From Octopus bimaculoides (lineage: Eukaryota), in the NCBI RefSeq assembly GCF_001194135.2, contig NC_068999.1, positions 51,842,758 through 51,906,757 of the forward strand: a DNA stretch of 64,000 nt, read 5' to 3'. Every line of letters starts with the position of its first letter. Within the stretch, counting starts at the first letter, position 1. This document shows, in pieces, positions 36,141 through 49,427 of the stretch. The position numbers and the translations under genes are program-made. Below the pieces are notes generated by a model. It searched no databases, was not told where the DNA came from, and saw only the letters and a program-made list of their open reading frames with translations.

Positions 36141-39100
36141 TGTGACAGAGAGTAACTAACCAACAAAACTCAACACGTGACTTAGTTTTTTTATATATTC
36201 AAATGACTGGTTTATCTATCACACAAGGTAATGGAATTGTTGCAGAACTAGACTTGCTATTATTATAAGGAATGAAATTCAGTGGTTGGTAGTTCTGAGT
36301 TTGAACACTGCTCTTGCCTTTCATCTTAGTAGTCAATAATCATTATCGATAGACTGGAACTATGTCAACTATATTTCATATACTTTACGTGTACATACGT
36401 ATATACATGTGTGTGTGTGTGTGTGTATACATACATATGTACATATGTATGTATGTGTATATATGTATGTATATATGAAATGTGTTATTACTAGTCAACA
36501 AATAAAATCAATCATGGAGAACTTGGTTGTTGTTTTTGTTGGTTAGTCAAATTGTTTTAAAAGAAATCTTGTATTGGCTAGTTTGCGTGAGTCCTAAGAA
36601 TTAATGCTCTTTTATGTTTGTTTGTTTTTTGTCCTACCAAAATGAGATACTCCTTATTTTCAATAGGCTAAGATAAGTAGCATAAGAAGCTTTGGGGAAA
36701 AAAGAAGAAAACTAATTCTGGTAAGATTTTAGCCCAGGATTTACATTGTGTCTTTTATGCTTGAAGATATGAACTCCACAATTATACTCTAGAATTGATA
36801 ATCATCACCATTATCATCCCCATTAACAGCAGCATTATTACTGTGATAGTGATGTATGTGGGGGAGGGGAAAGAAAAGGAAAAAAAGATATAATGAATAT
36901 TTTAATTTCCTTGCTGGCATAGATTAGATGTTTCTGTTTTTTTAATATCAATGTTTTGACAGCTGGACGCCCTTCCTTGCAGAAGCTATCCTTTCCTAAA
37001 TATCTGTTAATTATTTTGGATATGTCTATATTTGACTGATTAATCATTAGAAATTGCTTGGAAAGGGTGTATTTGTGTGAGAGGTGGCTGTGGTGGATTT
37101 TGTGTGTATGTGCATAATAGTACATATGAAACAGTACTTCTTTTTCTATATGTAGATTTAACTATTAAAAACCAGACACAACCTTATAATTTTATTTCTA
37201 CCTAAAATTACTCAATTCGTTCTTGATGTAACTAAGCCTTATACACCATTTCCAACCACTGAACACAGTTCACGTCCTTCACTTAACTACTACCCTTTTT
37301 CTCGTACTTTATTGCACACTTATTAAAAGGCTTTAACAAAAGCCTTTAACAAGGAAATGAAATCTTTCACACATCACAGTGATTATTACTGGCCTTGTTA
37401 AAGCCAGTGAGCTATTCTTTCCTCATTCACTTATTAAAAACAAATTACACTCACATTCATAGACAATAAGCTAATAACAGTTTACCAACTGCTTGCCAAG
37501 ATGCCAAAACTTTGTAGCTTTTAACTTGATCTCAAATCAACAACTTGCAAGTATCACAAGAATTTATCTCATTACCCTTTATGCCAGGTGTTAAGAGGCT
37601 GAAGTATGATAGAGAAACAAGCATGGGTGTCTTGCTATAGAGAGATACATGGCTACTCCTCACTATATTAGGGTGGATGGGAGTACCTGGAAAGAAGACA
37701 GAAGTGCTGGTCTATTTCAACATTTCTTGAGGATCTTGTACCGTTTCTTGATAACTGTAATCTGAATTCTAAAGGGTTAAGATCATTTTATTTTCACATG
37801 ATTAATCATAATTCATATTTTCTGGAAATTTATTTCTAGCAAAAATGAGAACTTTTGGAGAGGTTATCGTATATCTTAAAATAACCTTTGATTAAAAAGA
37901 AAAAGGATTGATCTTCTAATATGTTGATTCAGTTTTGAAGAATTACTCATTAATACCTTGCTTGTTAAGTTGCATGTTTTATTTGATAAACTTTGAATTA
38001 AAAATAGTCAACTTTATAGATAAGAATATTTATAAGTTTAGTTTATATTGTTGAGGTCGACTAAACTTAGATTAGTCATGATATCAATAGAAATATATTG
38101 TATGGGAGTGAAACTTAAATAATATGGATTAAAAACTGTAATATATGAAAAGGCGTTATAGAGAAAATTGCCAATATCAGCACATAGCATATGAATTAGT
38201 GAATTTTGTACTTGTAAACATTCTTACTGTGAAGAAATTTTTGATTCAAAACCAGAGAGAGAGAGAAAGTAGGGGTGGTAGTGAGCATACAGGTAGCAGC
38301 TGAAGGTTCATAATTCTAGTTGTTGCTGTTTAAGATATTCATCAACTCCAGTACCACAAACCTTGCATGCTCTCTTTTCTATACATAAACAGCTTTAAGT
38401 AATTTAGTGCTAACTTCACAATAAACACCTGACAATATTCCTTTGTTCATTTTATGTCTGTTATTCCATGCTAGCATGGGTTAGACAATCACATTATTGT
38501 GGTATTGTTTTATAGCTGATGCCTTTTCCTATTGTTAACGCTTACCAATTTTCCAAGTAAAGGATATTTAATTCCACTCATCTTTGAAAGCACTGAGTTA
38601 GTGGACAATTTGTTAATGATAATAGCTATACAGTATATAAATTAATTAATAAAATTAGTTCCATGTGAGGAAATTTTTTTATTTTTAGTTGAACTTGGAT
38701 TTTTAACCCCGAAACACCATTACAAGGTTAAGTTTCTTCTCATGTACAGGTAAATATTTATATGGTCAGGTTTATTTATGAATAACTGGTAAGAATCAAA
38801 TGAATGCATTAACATAGGTGAATTCAGACCTAGACGAACCTGGAACAAACTTGCTTGAACTGAGTGAAGAGAAGTAAGTCAAAGGGCTGCAGAGAAGAAA
38901 ATAAATAGACCCATCTAATTATTATCAGTTTGAGAAAAGATCATACACAATTATTATATAGGTCATGAGAAAAAAATAGCAGCTGGTTGGATTTTTTTAT
39001 ACTCTAGTACATTTTACAGTTTCTTCATCTAACTCATATTGTATGTTTGAAATAATAATGTGTCTTTTCCATTCACTATACACTACAGTTGCTTTGTAAA

Positions 39101-41794
39101 GATATATCGCTGACTCCCTTAAAATCATAAAACTTTTAACTGGCATGCAGAAAACTTCTATGCTTTGTGAAATAGTTATTGATTATAGCAGACAATGAGA
39201 AACAGTAAAATCTGAATATTGAATGTTTTCAGACAAGGAGGAAGTCTGCAGCATTTGTTATGGTCAGTGGTAATCTTTGAACTACTGTGATCTTTTCTTT
39301 GTTTAATTGCTAGCAGCTCAGTAACGACAAGCGAGTGGCCAATGCATATTGCCACTACATTGATCTAAGTTATGGAGCAGGAGAGCATGCAAATAGCAAT
39401 ATGGAGTTATAACGAAAGAACTTCTTAATAAGGACAAGATCAGAATGAAATATATTTAAAAGTAAGGTACAAATCTGGAGAATACTGTAGCGGTATTTGA
39501 GAATGTGTAAAAAAAAATCAAAAAAAAATCAGCTACTTACTATGGCAAATAGTTTGTATTGAATAATTCCATCAATATTCTAGCTGGAACAAAATACAAA
39601 AAATTCCCTTTTCAGAAAAGTAATTGTTTTCCAAATTTAAGAAAGTTTATTTCACATGTTCAAAGCAAGTTAAGAATAAAGACAGAATCTATTTCTACAC
39701 TATTCAAACTGACACAAGATATATCGATAGTTTTTCTCGTGATGTTTATTGAGTTTCAAACTGAATCACACTCAAATATTGCTAAACGTCTTGCAATTAC
39801 ACTTGATTTTCCTTTGATGTATGTGAGAAAGCTCAAGAAGGAAAACTAGAAAAGAAATTCATTTTAGGGCTGTTATTGATTACAAAGAAGTCAGATAATA
39901 AAGAATTCTGTTTTATGATTTATTAGATGATAATTGTATTTGATGATAATTGTATTTGATGATTTATTTTGAAATGATGATAATTCTATCAATAGATAGG
40001 ATTATTATTATTTCTGTACATCCATCTATTATCACCCCTATGGAAGGTTTTTGATTCCTTGTAAAAGTCAGGGTTACATCAGGCCAACAAGGGAGCTTCT
40101 ACATGATTGCTTAATCTACTAGGATTAGCAACTAAATTTTTCCTTAACCCTTTAGCATTTAAACTAGCCATCTCTGGCCAAAATATATTACCTGATAAAT
40201 ATGTGTGTGTTAAAATGATTCTAATGACTGAAACTTTACTGCTGAAAGATTTGATTCTTTAGAAAACATATTTATCAACAGATAAGATGATCTTTTTAAG
40301 GTTCTGAAATTCTTGATAGTTTGAGCAGAGGTCTCTCTCTCTTATGAGGGCTTTACTGGAAATGTCAGGATTCTTATCATTTCATGTTATGGGAGCATAT
40401 CTATATTTTCCAGAACTCCACTAAATTTTTACCAGTGCAGACCATCACTAGTTTTCTCAGATTCTGGTTTTTATTTACCAGCATATACTAAAAAGAAACG
40501 TCTTGTTTTCTTTTAAAACAGAAGGTATTTCAAACTAAGAAAAATTTATTTATCTGAGGTTATGTAACTGAACTGTACTTCAATTTAGGCATCATTTTCC
40601 TTTTATGATCCTCAATTTATAAATGATTAGAATTTTGAATGGTTTTTGAAAGTTTTCTTATACCTGAAACTCGTAAAGTGTATGAAGAATATATAAATAT
40701 GATGTAGAATTGTGAATGTGGTGTTACCTAGCAGTTTTTTTGTTGTTTTTTTTTTTCACTAAGAGGCAGTCATGAATGAATATTTAAAGTACAACAGAGG
40801 AATGTGGTTGAGAAAGAATGTTTGGCAGAGAAGTAAATTAAGAAACCAGCTTGAGAAGTTACGTAGTCAAATTCTATATTAAGAGCTTCAGAACTTTGAT
40901 GCCATACAGGCTTTACCTTTACCATGATATTGCATTTGGATTAATAGAAAATGATATATGTTGTTTTTCGTTGTTATTCTGATGTTCTCTTATTAAATGT
41001 ATTTGCACTTAACTTAACTACTATTTTGCATGCAGATGGCAGCTCTGAATTATTTATTCTTTAGACTTTTCTAATTTCTTATGGTAACTAATGTTCAGTT
41101 TTTTTCTACATTTACTTAGAGATTCTTTCATTATTACTTTGGCGAGTATAGTGTTTCCTTTGCAGGTAGTTTAGAATAATAAGACTCACACATGTCTGGA
41201 GTTGTCTTTCATACTTGTAAAAAAAATTTAGATATATAAATAAAAATGAAAATATTATTAATTATTGATTAATTGTTTTTCTTTTCCTGCCATGTACTTA
41301 TTTTTAGTTAGCTTTTTTTTTTTAACTTAACTAAAAACAATAAGTCTTAAAATTTTTTTTTCCTCAAAAGCAGTAGCAAACAAAATTTGAAACGCCATTT
41401 ACAAAACACTTAATTATTTTCAAAATAAATTTCAAAAAGCAGCGTATTTCAATAGAAATATTGTAACAAATGGGTTAAATTTTGCTATTAGTTTCAGGTC
41501 TAGATCATTTTTAGTGAAGTTTCTGATCCTTGGGAATTATTTTCATTTATCAACCACTTCTGTATTTTAAATTATATTAAGTTATTGGGGTTTTTTTTAA
41601 TATTTAAAAGGAAACATTTTTTTTTTACCTTCTAGAAATATCATTCATTAAAAATATGGTATTTATCTTCGTTTATTCATTTTTAATAACCTTTCTGTCA
41701 CTTTCATTTTTTAATATTGTTTTTTTTACAATATGCATATTACTGTGTGTTTGTACATACATACATACATACACACACACATTATATTCTTCAT

Positions 41795-41990
41795 CTTGCA
41801 TACACTTACCATGTTGATGCATGTTGGACAGTTCAACAAGATTCTATAGGTCAGTAGACCACATGTTACACGAGTGTCTCAGTTTTGGCATGATTTCTAC
41901 AACTGGATGTCCATCCTAACACTAACCATTTCACAGTGTGCTTGGTGCATTCATTGTTTTATGGCACCAGCGTTACAGAGGCCTTGCCCT
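41795..41990 (-). mobile_element. SINE family B fragment
   Basis: CCATGTTGATGCATGTTGGAC...GGATGTCCATCCTAACACTAACC. Confidence 0.65.
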
Positions 41991-43009
41991 CAGCAAGACT
42001 AAAATGTTCTTTCAACTTTGCAATGTCTTTGCTCAGTTTGCCGACTGCATTGCTGAGTATTGTGTGTGTGTCAATTTAGTCTGTCACTGCCTAAGTGAAA
42101 GAATGGTGTTTACTTTCTCCTATGAACAAGTGCTCTGTAATTTAGTAGATAATTCAGTGTGATAAGTGATCCAAGTGAAGAGAAAAAAAAAAACACCTTA
42201 TTTGGTAAACAAGTAAGGGTTGACTCAAGAAGAACATCTATGTCGAAGATTTACCTCAATAAGCTTTCAGTAACTCCTGCCAGCATGGAAAATCTGATGT
42301 AAAAACAATGACGAGGATATTGATGGGTCTTTAATTTTGTTGTAGTAATTTTACTTTCGTTTATATTGTGATATATTTGAATGCTATTTCATTGTACATG
42401 TTGTTCATTTATATAAATGAAATAATTATAGGTAGATAGTTAGATAGATGGAGGCTTACATTATATGCAGGAATGAAGAGAATTAGCTGCTAATTATAAA
42501 TTTTTGGAACTATGATATGAAGGAATAATCCTACATGCCAACATAAGAAGACATTTGTTATTTTATATATTACAGAACAGATGTCTGAGTTCTGTCGATC
42601 CGTTAAGAATTTGTCAGCATGACATTACAGGGCATTTAGTTCAATCATATTTGCTGATTGTTGACATTCGCTCCATGTTTATCTTTTATCTCTGAAGCAA
42701 AATAAAAAAAAAACCTGATACAAAATGTCACTTGAGCCTTCAGTCACAAAAATATCAATTTTGTTTCTATAAAATTATGATTTTGATTGGTTCTCAGATG
42801 TAATGTGTTAAATATGAAATTTATTCTATTGATTATGAAACTGGAATCTGATGTCTGTAAGAGAACTACTAAATGAGTTAACTAGAAGTTGTCTGCTACT
42901 CATTTTATACAAATAGTGAAGAGTGTCTTTTAATATTTCTTATTAATGTTGTAATAGAAAAAATGTCAGTAAGCCATGTTTCATGTGATTTTGGTGCAAA
43001 GTGGGAAAT

Positions 43010-43640
43010 ATTACCTTTGTTTGTGGCCTGAAATTTGCAAGGAGGGAGTGGGGCTAGTTGATTACATCAATCCTGGAACTAGACTGTTACTTATTTTGTA
43101 ATGATAGTAATTATAAGCATTATAATGGCGATGATGAGAATTGTGATAAAGATTTATGATATAGACACAAAGTCAGAAATTAAATGGGGGCTGGGGGCAG
43201 GGTTGATTAAATTGACACTAGTTCTTGACTGGTATTTTATTAATTTTGAAGGGAGTGCAACAATATTATTACACCAGCTCCAGTATTTGACTGGTACTTA
43301 TTTTATTGACTCTGAAAGGGAAAAAGACAAGGTCAGCCTCATTAGAGTTTGAACTCAGAATGTAAGGAACCAGAAGAAATGCCAGAAAACATTTTGTCTC
43401 ATGCACTAATGATTCTGCCAGCTCATAGCAATAATAATTATTATTATTTGTACTATAGACACAAAGTCTGAAATTTTGCAGAGACGGTGCTAGTCAATTT
43501 CATTGAACTCAATACTCAACTGGTACCTATTTTATTGACCCTGAAAGGATGAAAGGTACAGTTGACCTCAGAAGAATTTGAACTCAGAACAAAAAGACAG
43601 ACGAAATACTACTAAGCAGTTTGCTTGGTGTACTGAGATT
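43010..43640 (-). mobile_element. Head-to-tail cluster of four family-C SINE copies or fragments
   Basis: Repeated ATAGACACAAAGTC.GAAAT, CTGGTAC(T)TATTTTATTGAC and TTGAACTCAGAA modules, some separated by (AAT)-like tracts. Confidence 0.75.
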
Positions 43641-43899
43641 AAGCCACTCCTCATTTATTCTAGGTTGAAGATTGTCTTTCTTCATAATTTATAGAGATTT
43701 TTTCTCATTTTACATTTAAATTCCATTCTTTAATAGTAGAGAAACTTAAGATTAAACTGACTTTGCCACTCAAAAAGATGCTTTACTTTTCTTATTGATT
43801 TGTGGACTAAAACCATGATTACATTGAATATTCTAATTATCTTTGAAGTAGCAAGTGATGTATTGTCAGAAATAAGCTCCTAGTGAACATATTTATAGT

Positions 43900-43924
43900 T
43901 GAATCCCATCTCTTTCTCTCTCTT

Positions 43925-43988
<64 letters not shown>

Positions 43989-44207
43989 ACATATGTATGT
44001 GTGTTTGTGTCTCCTTGTCTTAACCTTGCATGATTGTTGTAAATGAATGTTATTCATTTCCAATATTCTACAAAAACATATCTGCCTTACTTGGAAACAG
44101 GTAAAGGCTAGTGCCAGGAAGAGCATCTGGCTTTAGAAAATCTTCCTCAATAAATTCTACCCAACCCATGCCAATATGGAAGAGTAGATGTTAAAATGAT
44201 GATGATC
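43900..44207 (+). mobile_element. (TC)n followed by a family B2 SINE body
   Basis: ...CCCATGCCAATATGGAAGAGTAGATGTTAAAATGATGATGAT. Confidence 0.7.
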
Positions 44208-44754
44208 TTGAGAAAGATGTGAACATTACAACATTCCATTTCTCTCTCTTGTCACTCAGAGATTTTCTATATTGCTAAAAATTTGTTTCTCACAGCAAAC
44301 TTTTTTAAGCAGGCACACAAACAATTTTGTTTTTTTAAAGATATGCTAAATATTTTAACTGTTTTAATTAATTCCACATTACTGACATGACATTTTTATT
44401 TAACTTACACATTGTGATACAATAATTTTTCATGTATATAAAAGAATAAAAGATCAAGCTATTAACTGTTTATTCAGCATCATGGCTCTACTGAATTAGC
44501 TTAATTATTTTGTTTTAATTTTAAGCAGTTAAAAAAAAAAAAAGAATTCTTACTTGGATGAACTCCAGAAAGATACTAAAATATTTTCAATATCATCTTA
44601 TCTACATTTATAGCATTACTGTAAACCTACTGTTTTTTTCTAACTCATCCCAATTTGGAATAACATTCTTATAACAAACTAATGCTGATTTGCAAATTTT
44701 AAAAGAATTAAAAAATTTTTTGTTACTATTTGAATTATGAAATTTGTTGATTTC

Positions 44755-45075
44755 AGGCAGCAGACTTAGTGGTTTCTAGCATTCATTCTCACTGCATGAC
44801 ACTTTGGGCAAGAGTCTTCTATGGTAGCCCTAGGCTGACCAATGCATTGTGAGTGAATTTGATAGATGAAAGCTGTGGGTGTATTTCCCCACCTCCCCAT
44901 CCCTGCTTGACAACCAGTGTTAGTTTGTTTAAATCCCTACATCTTTTAGCTCTTTGGCAAAAGGGACTGAGAGAATAAGTACCAGATTTACAAAAATAAG
45001 TGCAAGGGTTGATATGCTCCTCTAAACCCCAACATGGCTGCAGTCCAGTGACTGAAACAAATGAAAGGTAACACT
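44755..45075 (+). mobile_element. Decayed SINE family A
   Basis: Head GGCAGCAGACTTAGTGG..., core ACTTTGGGCAAGAGTCTTC, tail GACTGAAACAAATGAAAG. Confidence 0.75.
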
Positions 45076-45284
45076 TTTCAACCACTAGCTCACTGTTGTA
45101 CCTTTTCATTAAAAAAACTTTTGGGAGATTCTGTTGCTACATCATCAACTTCCTCACAACTGATGTAGCTAGCTGCATACCTTGATCTCTCAAACCCACT
45201 TTTCCAAATCATTTATTAACCTTACTGCATCTTATCTTTCAAGCCCACACTAAACACTTCATCCACTTCTTTATCCCCTGAACT

Positions 45285-46260
45285 ATATCATCATTGTTGT
45301 CATTGTCATGTATTGTGCACCTGAGCACTTTGATGACACTACAATGAAAGTCTTCCCAATTAAGGGCGAGTTCTCTAGCTGCCTTGCCACTTTGTCCAAC
45401 CAGCTTTTGATATTGTCTCTCCATTGTGTTTTTTGCCTGCCTCTTGATCCCACTACCCTCTAATCTACCTGCCATGATTATTTTCCTCAAACCTCTACTT
45501 TGAATATGGCCATAATAGATGAGCTTTTGTTCAGAAGTTATCATCTTTCATCTACTTGTTATCACATCCATCCATCCATTTGTTTGATGATCTTTGTAAG
45601 AAATGCATAACATTCTCCTATACACTCACATTTCAAATGCATTGGTTATGTTCCCTTCAGATTTGTTCAGAGCCCTTGCTTTGCAACCACAAATACCTTT
45701 TTGACATGTGGCTTCACCAGAGATTTAAGCTCCAAGATATTTGTACAATTCAATGTATTCAAGCCTCTCACTGCCTAGTTTGATGTTAACATTTACTTCC
45801 TCTTTTCCTACTAACATGACTTGTTTTCTTATGGTTGGAATCAAGACCATGTGTATTTGATACCTTCTGAACTCTGTTTATTATTTCTTATCCAGTCTTG
45901 GCAAATAGAGCAGTATTGTCTGCATGCCTTAGATTAGAAATATGCATGTCGTGTACTTTGATGCCATCTTTTTCCTGTATTGCTTCTTGCATTATCTACC
46001 CAGTGTAGATGTTGAACAAACATGGAGAAAGAATACAGCCCTGATAAACTCTTTTCTCATTTTTGAACTTTTCTGTGTTCTCATTATTTACTCAAATGTA
46101 GAACTCTTGCTGAATGTAAAGCTCTTGGATGAACTATGTCCTTCTGGAATTTCACTGGCACTGACATTTTAGCCTCTGGACACCAAACCTGTTACATTTG
46201 TTTAAGCTGGTTATCAATTGTATTCATCTCACCACCACCAGTTTAGGAGGACTGCCTTTG
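45285..46260 (-). mobile_element. Decayed RTE-clade LINE with reverse transcriptase core and C-terminus
   Basis: - strand KRVYQGCILSPCLFNIYTG*IMQEA...ISNLRHADNTALFAK (QGCILSP motif; YADD decayed to HADN). The 45239-45544 ORF gives KLIYYGHI...IMAGRLEG, followed by a (GAC/GAT) tail. Confidence 0.9.
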
Positions 46261-48064
46261 ATAAATTTATATAAAAGATCAAAATGCGTTTCAATGTTAT
46301 ATTAGAATTTGTTTCGGTAGTCATCTTCTAATATGTTGGCAGTGCTTATAAATGTTTATAAATGTTTATAAATGCTTATAAAGCATTCTTTTCTTTTTTC
46401 CTTTTTTCTTTTATATTGAAATACATTTCCAACAACATTAATCTTTCATGTATCAACCTCTCAGACTTGTCTGTGTTCACATTATTATCCTGTCTGAAGA
46501 TATTCAATGATATTTAACGGTTATTTTTAAATTAAAATCTGCTTAATGGACTTCTGTGTATATCTTCAAATCTTATTACAGACATTTTCTTAGCAAGAAG
46601 CATAACAAACTGTTTGCTACAGGTTGTCTGATGACAAAAACAGAGGTTCCACTTATATATTGCAATTGAATGATTTGTGGCAAAGAGGGTTGATTTGCTC
46701 CCCTCTGAAGTAAAGAAGCCAAGAAAAAATGTGGATGTAAAACAGTTAAAAAAAAACCCAACAAACTGTTTTGAAATTAAATTATTTAGGTTTCCCTTCC
46801 TATTGTTTTAACAAGCATAGAGGTGGGTAGATGGTTTATGGTTTTTGCACATTTGAGCAAACATCTAGGATAGTAACAACAATATACCCTTCCTGTCTTT
46901 AATAACTATTCATCTGTTTCTGTTAAGTAGAAGTGGAAATGAGTAAAGCAAAAATGTTAAGTTATATGCTTTGTTCAAAGGCATCAGCACAATGGTGGTA
47001 GCAGTGGCAGTAGTAGTATTATTTAAAGTCATGATCATAAAGTTGTGTCCAGCACTTTAACCTGAAAATCATCGTGCTTCATATTGTATCTAAAAAAAAA
47101 ATGAAGAAATATTTGATTTGATTTCGTGAATTATTTTTAATCTTCAGTTTTCTTTTGCTCTTTTCATCCTCATTTATTTGTAATCACTTTTAATTAGTGT
47201 TAAAAAAAATGCCTTTATAAATTCCATGCAGAAGCCTTTATTAATTTGTGTTCAAAAGCATCTATTCGTTTATATGAAAAAGTGGTGATCTTTTACCAAA
47301 TTGCTCTAAAACCTCCATTATTTTGAAGGTTAATTGAAACAAGTTTATAGAAATATAAACAGCAGAGGGTTAACAAGAATCTAAACAGTTATAATTAGTT
47401 GCAAAGCCACAATGAAATAATGCAATTATTTCCTTTCTATTTTAGGAACCATAGAGGGATGGAGAAATATCTAATATATTTCTGAGAGATTATATTTAAA
47501 GACTTTATGAAAGCGTAACAAAACAGCCACACAACTTCTTTCTCCTCTTAAAGTCCACTGCTTCTTTTGAATTGTTACTTAAAAAAAAAAAAAAAAATCT
47601 TTTCTTTCAATAATCAAATAAGAGGAATGACTTTAAGCTATTATTTGTTGACTGTTATAAATGTGAATCGNNNNNNNNNNNNNNNNNNNNNNNNNNNNNN
47701 NNNNNNNNNNNNNNNNNNNNNNNNNNNNNNNNNNNNNNNNNNNNNNNNNNNNNNNNNNNNNNNNNNNNNNNNNNNNNNNNNNNNNNNNNNNNNNATCACA
47801 GAAGCTATAATGGTAGCTTTTAGAAACTGTGACATTCTAAAGGACTTGCTACTATATCCAACCATCATTTAACAATATCAATTAACTCTAGTTGAGTTGA
47901 CTACAACACAACAATGATAGTTATTTTCTGTCAGTTGATTTTATTTAGTTGGGTTTTGTTGTGTGCATGTGGTGATTCTTTTTTGCAGTTATTTTTCTCA
48001 ATTAATTGCTCTGAAAAAAAAAAAAAAAAAAACGGTGGAAGCATGACATTTTAGTTCTCTTTCC

Positions 48065-48283
48065 TTAACCCTTTTATTACCGTATTTCTGTTGAAAAACA
48101 CTGCCTTTGTTTCAATTAATTTTTAAAATAATGAAGAATTTAGTAAAATAACTTTGTTATTCTTAAGCTGGCGTTTAAAATAACGTGAAATTTTGATGGC
48201 AGGTTTTAATTAGATCCCTTTAAAAAAAAGAGATTTGTATCATAGAACTAGAATTTTTTGTGGGTTGGTATCATAAGGGTTAA
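48065..48283. mobile_element. piggyBac-like MITE (TTAA target, CCC...GGG ends)
   Basis: TTAA|CCCTTTTATTACC...GGTATCATAAGGG|TTAA; related end fragments at about 41380-41478, 47308-47373 and 55350-55447. Confidence 0.7.
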
Positions 48284-49391
48284 TTTAGGTGAACATTGAA
48301 ATATTTTGGCTTGTTTTGATTCTGAATTTTATTTTAAAAGGCTTTGTTACTTGGATGCTCTTAAAACACTGGATAAGACAGTTTCATGAAGAGTTTGTTA
48401 ATAAAACAGTAACAGACGTTCTGCCTCTTTGCAATCTGAATTCAAATTTCACCAAGGCCTGAATGGATGGTAGACTCACTCCTTCACTCAGTTTAACATC
48501 GTCACTCGCCTCATTGATGCCTTTAGCAGAGGAGTTCACAGTGTTGCAAAACTTCAGGCCAGGCCTTAAGTTTGAGGACATTTTACTCTCTGTATCAGTT
48601 TCAGAGGCCTAAAAAGGGTCATGAACAGCTAAGCAGTGCCTTCTATCTTGACTAAGCAGGGGGGAAAAAAATCATGGCTATGTCTGTGTTTAATACCACT
48701 GAAAAGACAAACCCATAGCACTATGTTTTCATTTATCCTAAGGATTGGCATTTTATCCCACTTGGATGTTGCCACAACTACTGATTTTAATAAGTTGGGT
48801 TATATTTAGGAAAACTTCAGAAAATATATTTTGTATTTCATGATGTTTTATATTAATGTCAGTTTTTGCAGACTGCTTGTTAATCTTTATTATAAATGAA
48901 GCATTGTGTTATATGCCAGATGCATTATTACATATTGTCGTCGTCGTTATATATAAATTGACATTTATTCATTGATTTTTATGTTCTCATGAAATTTTGT
49001 TTATAGTCGAAAAGAGAAAAATACAAGGGTGAGCATGTTTTTCTTCGATGATATTTCAGTAACTTATATAAGAATTGTCGGTTTCCATTAATATGACTAA
49101 AAGATATTCTGTGTTGAAAGGCGAGTGTCTAGAGAGAAAATTAGTTTAACTACTGTTAGCCAAGGGCATATTGATTCTTTTGTACATGTGTATTTTTGTT
49201 CAAGGACAACAACAATTTACTTGACTCTAATTGAGTAAAGCAGTAAACAATTTGATGATTCTGCCTTGGTTTCAATGTTTCTAACAAAAGCTGTTGTAGA
49301 AATAGGAACAATACAAAATAATCATGCTTTAGAAAGGAAAAATAGAAAAGTCGTTAGGAAATAAAGAATCCTCTTTGTCTCTTTGATCTTC

Positions 49392-49427
<36 letters not shown>

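Noticed and set aside
38818-38873. Exon-like segment ending GAGAA|GTAAGT
   Set aside because: Weak acceptor, in-frame stop in the Rab6 phase, and no Rab similarity.
39926-39963. 16-bp tandem duplication GATGATAATTGTATTT; also 10-bp TTATAAATGT x4 at ~46345-46385
   Set aside because: Ordinary slippage products.
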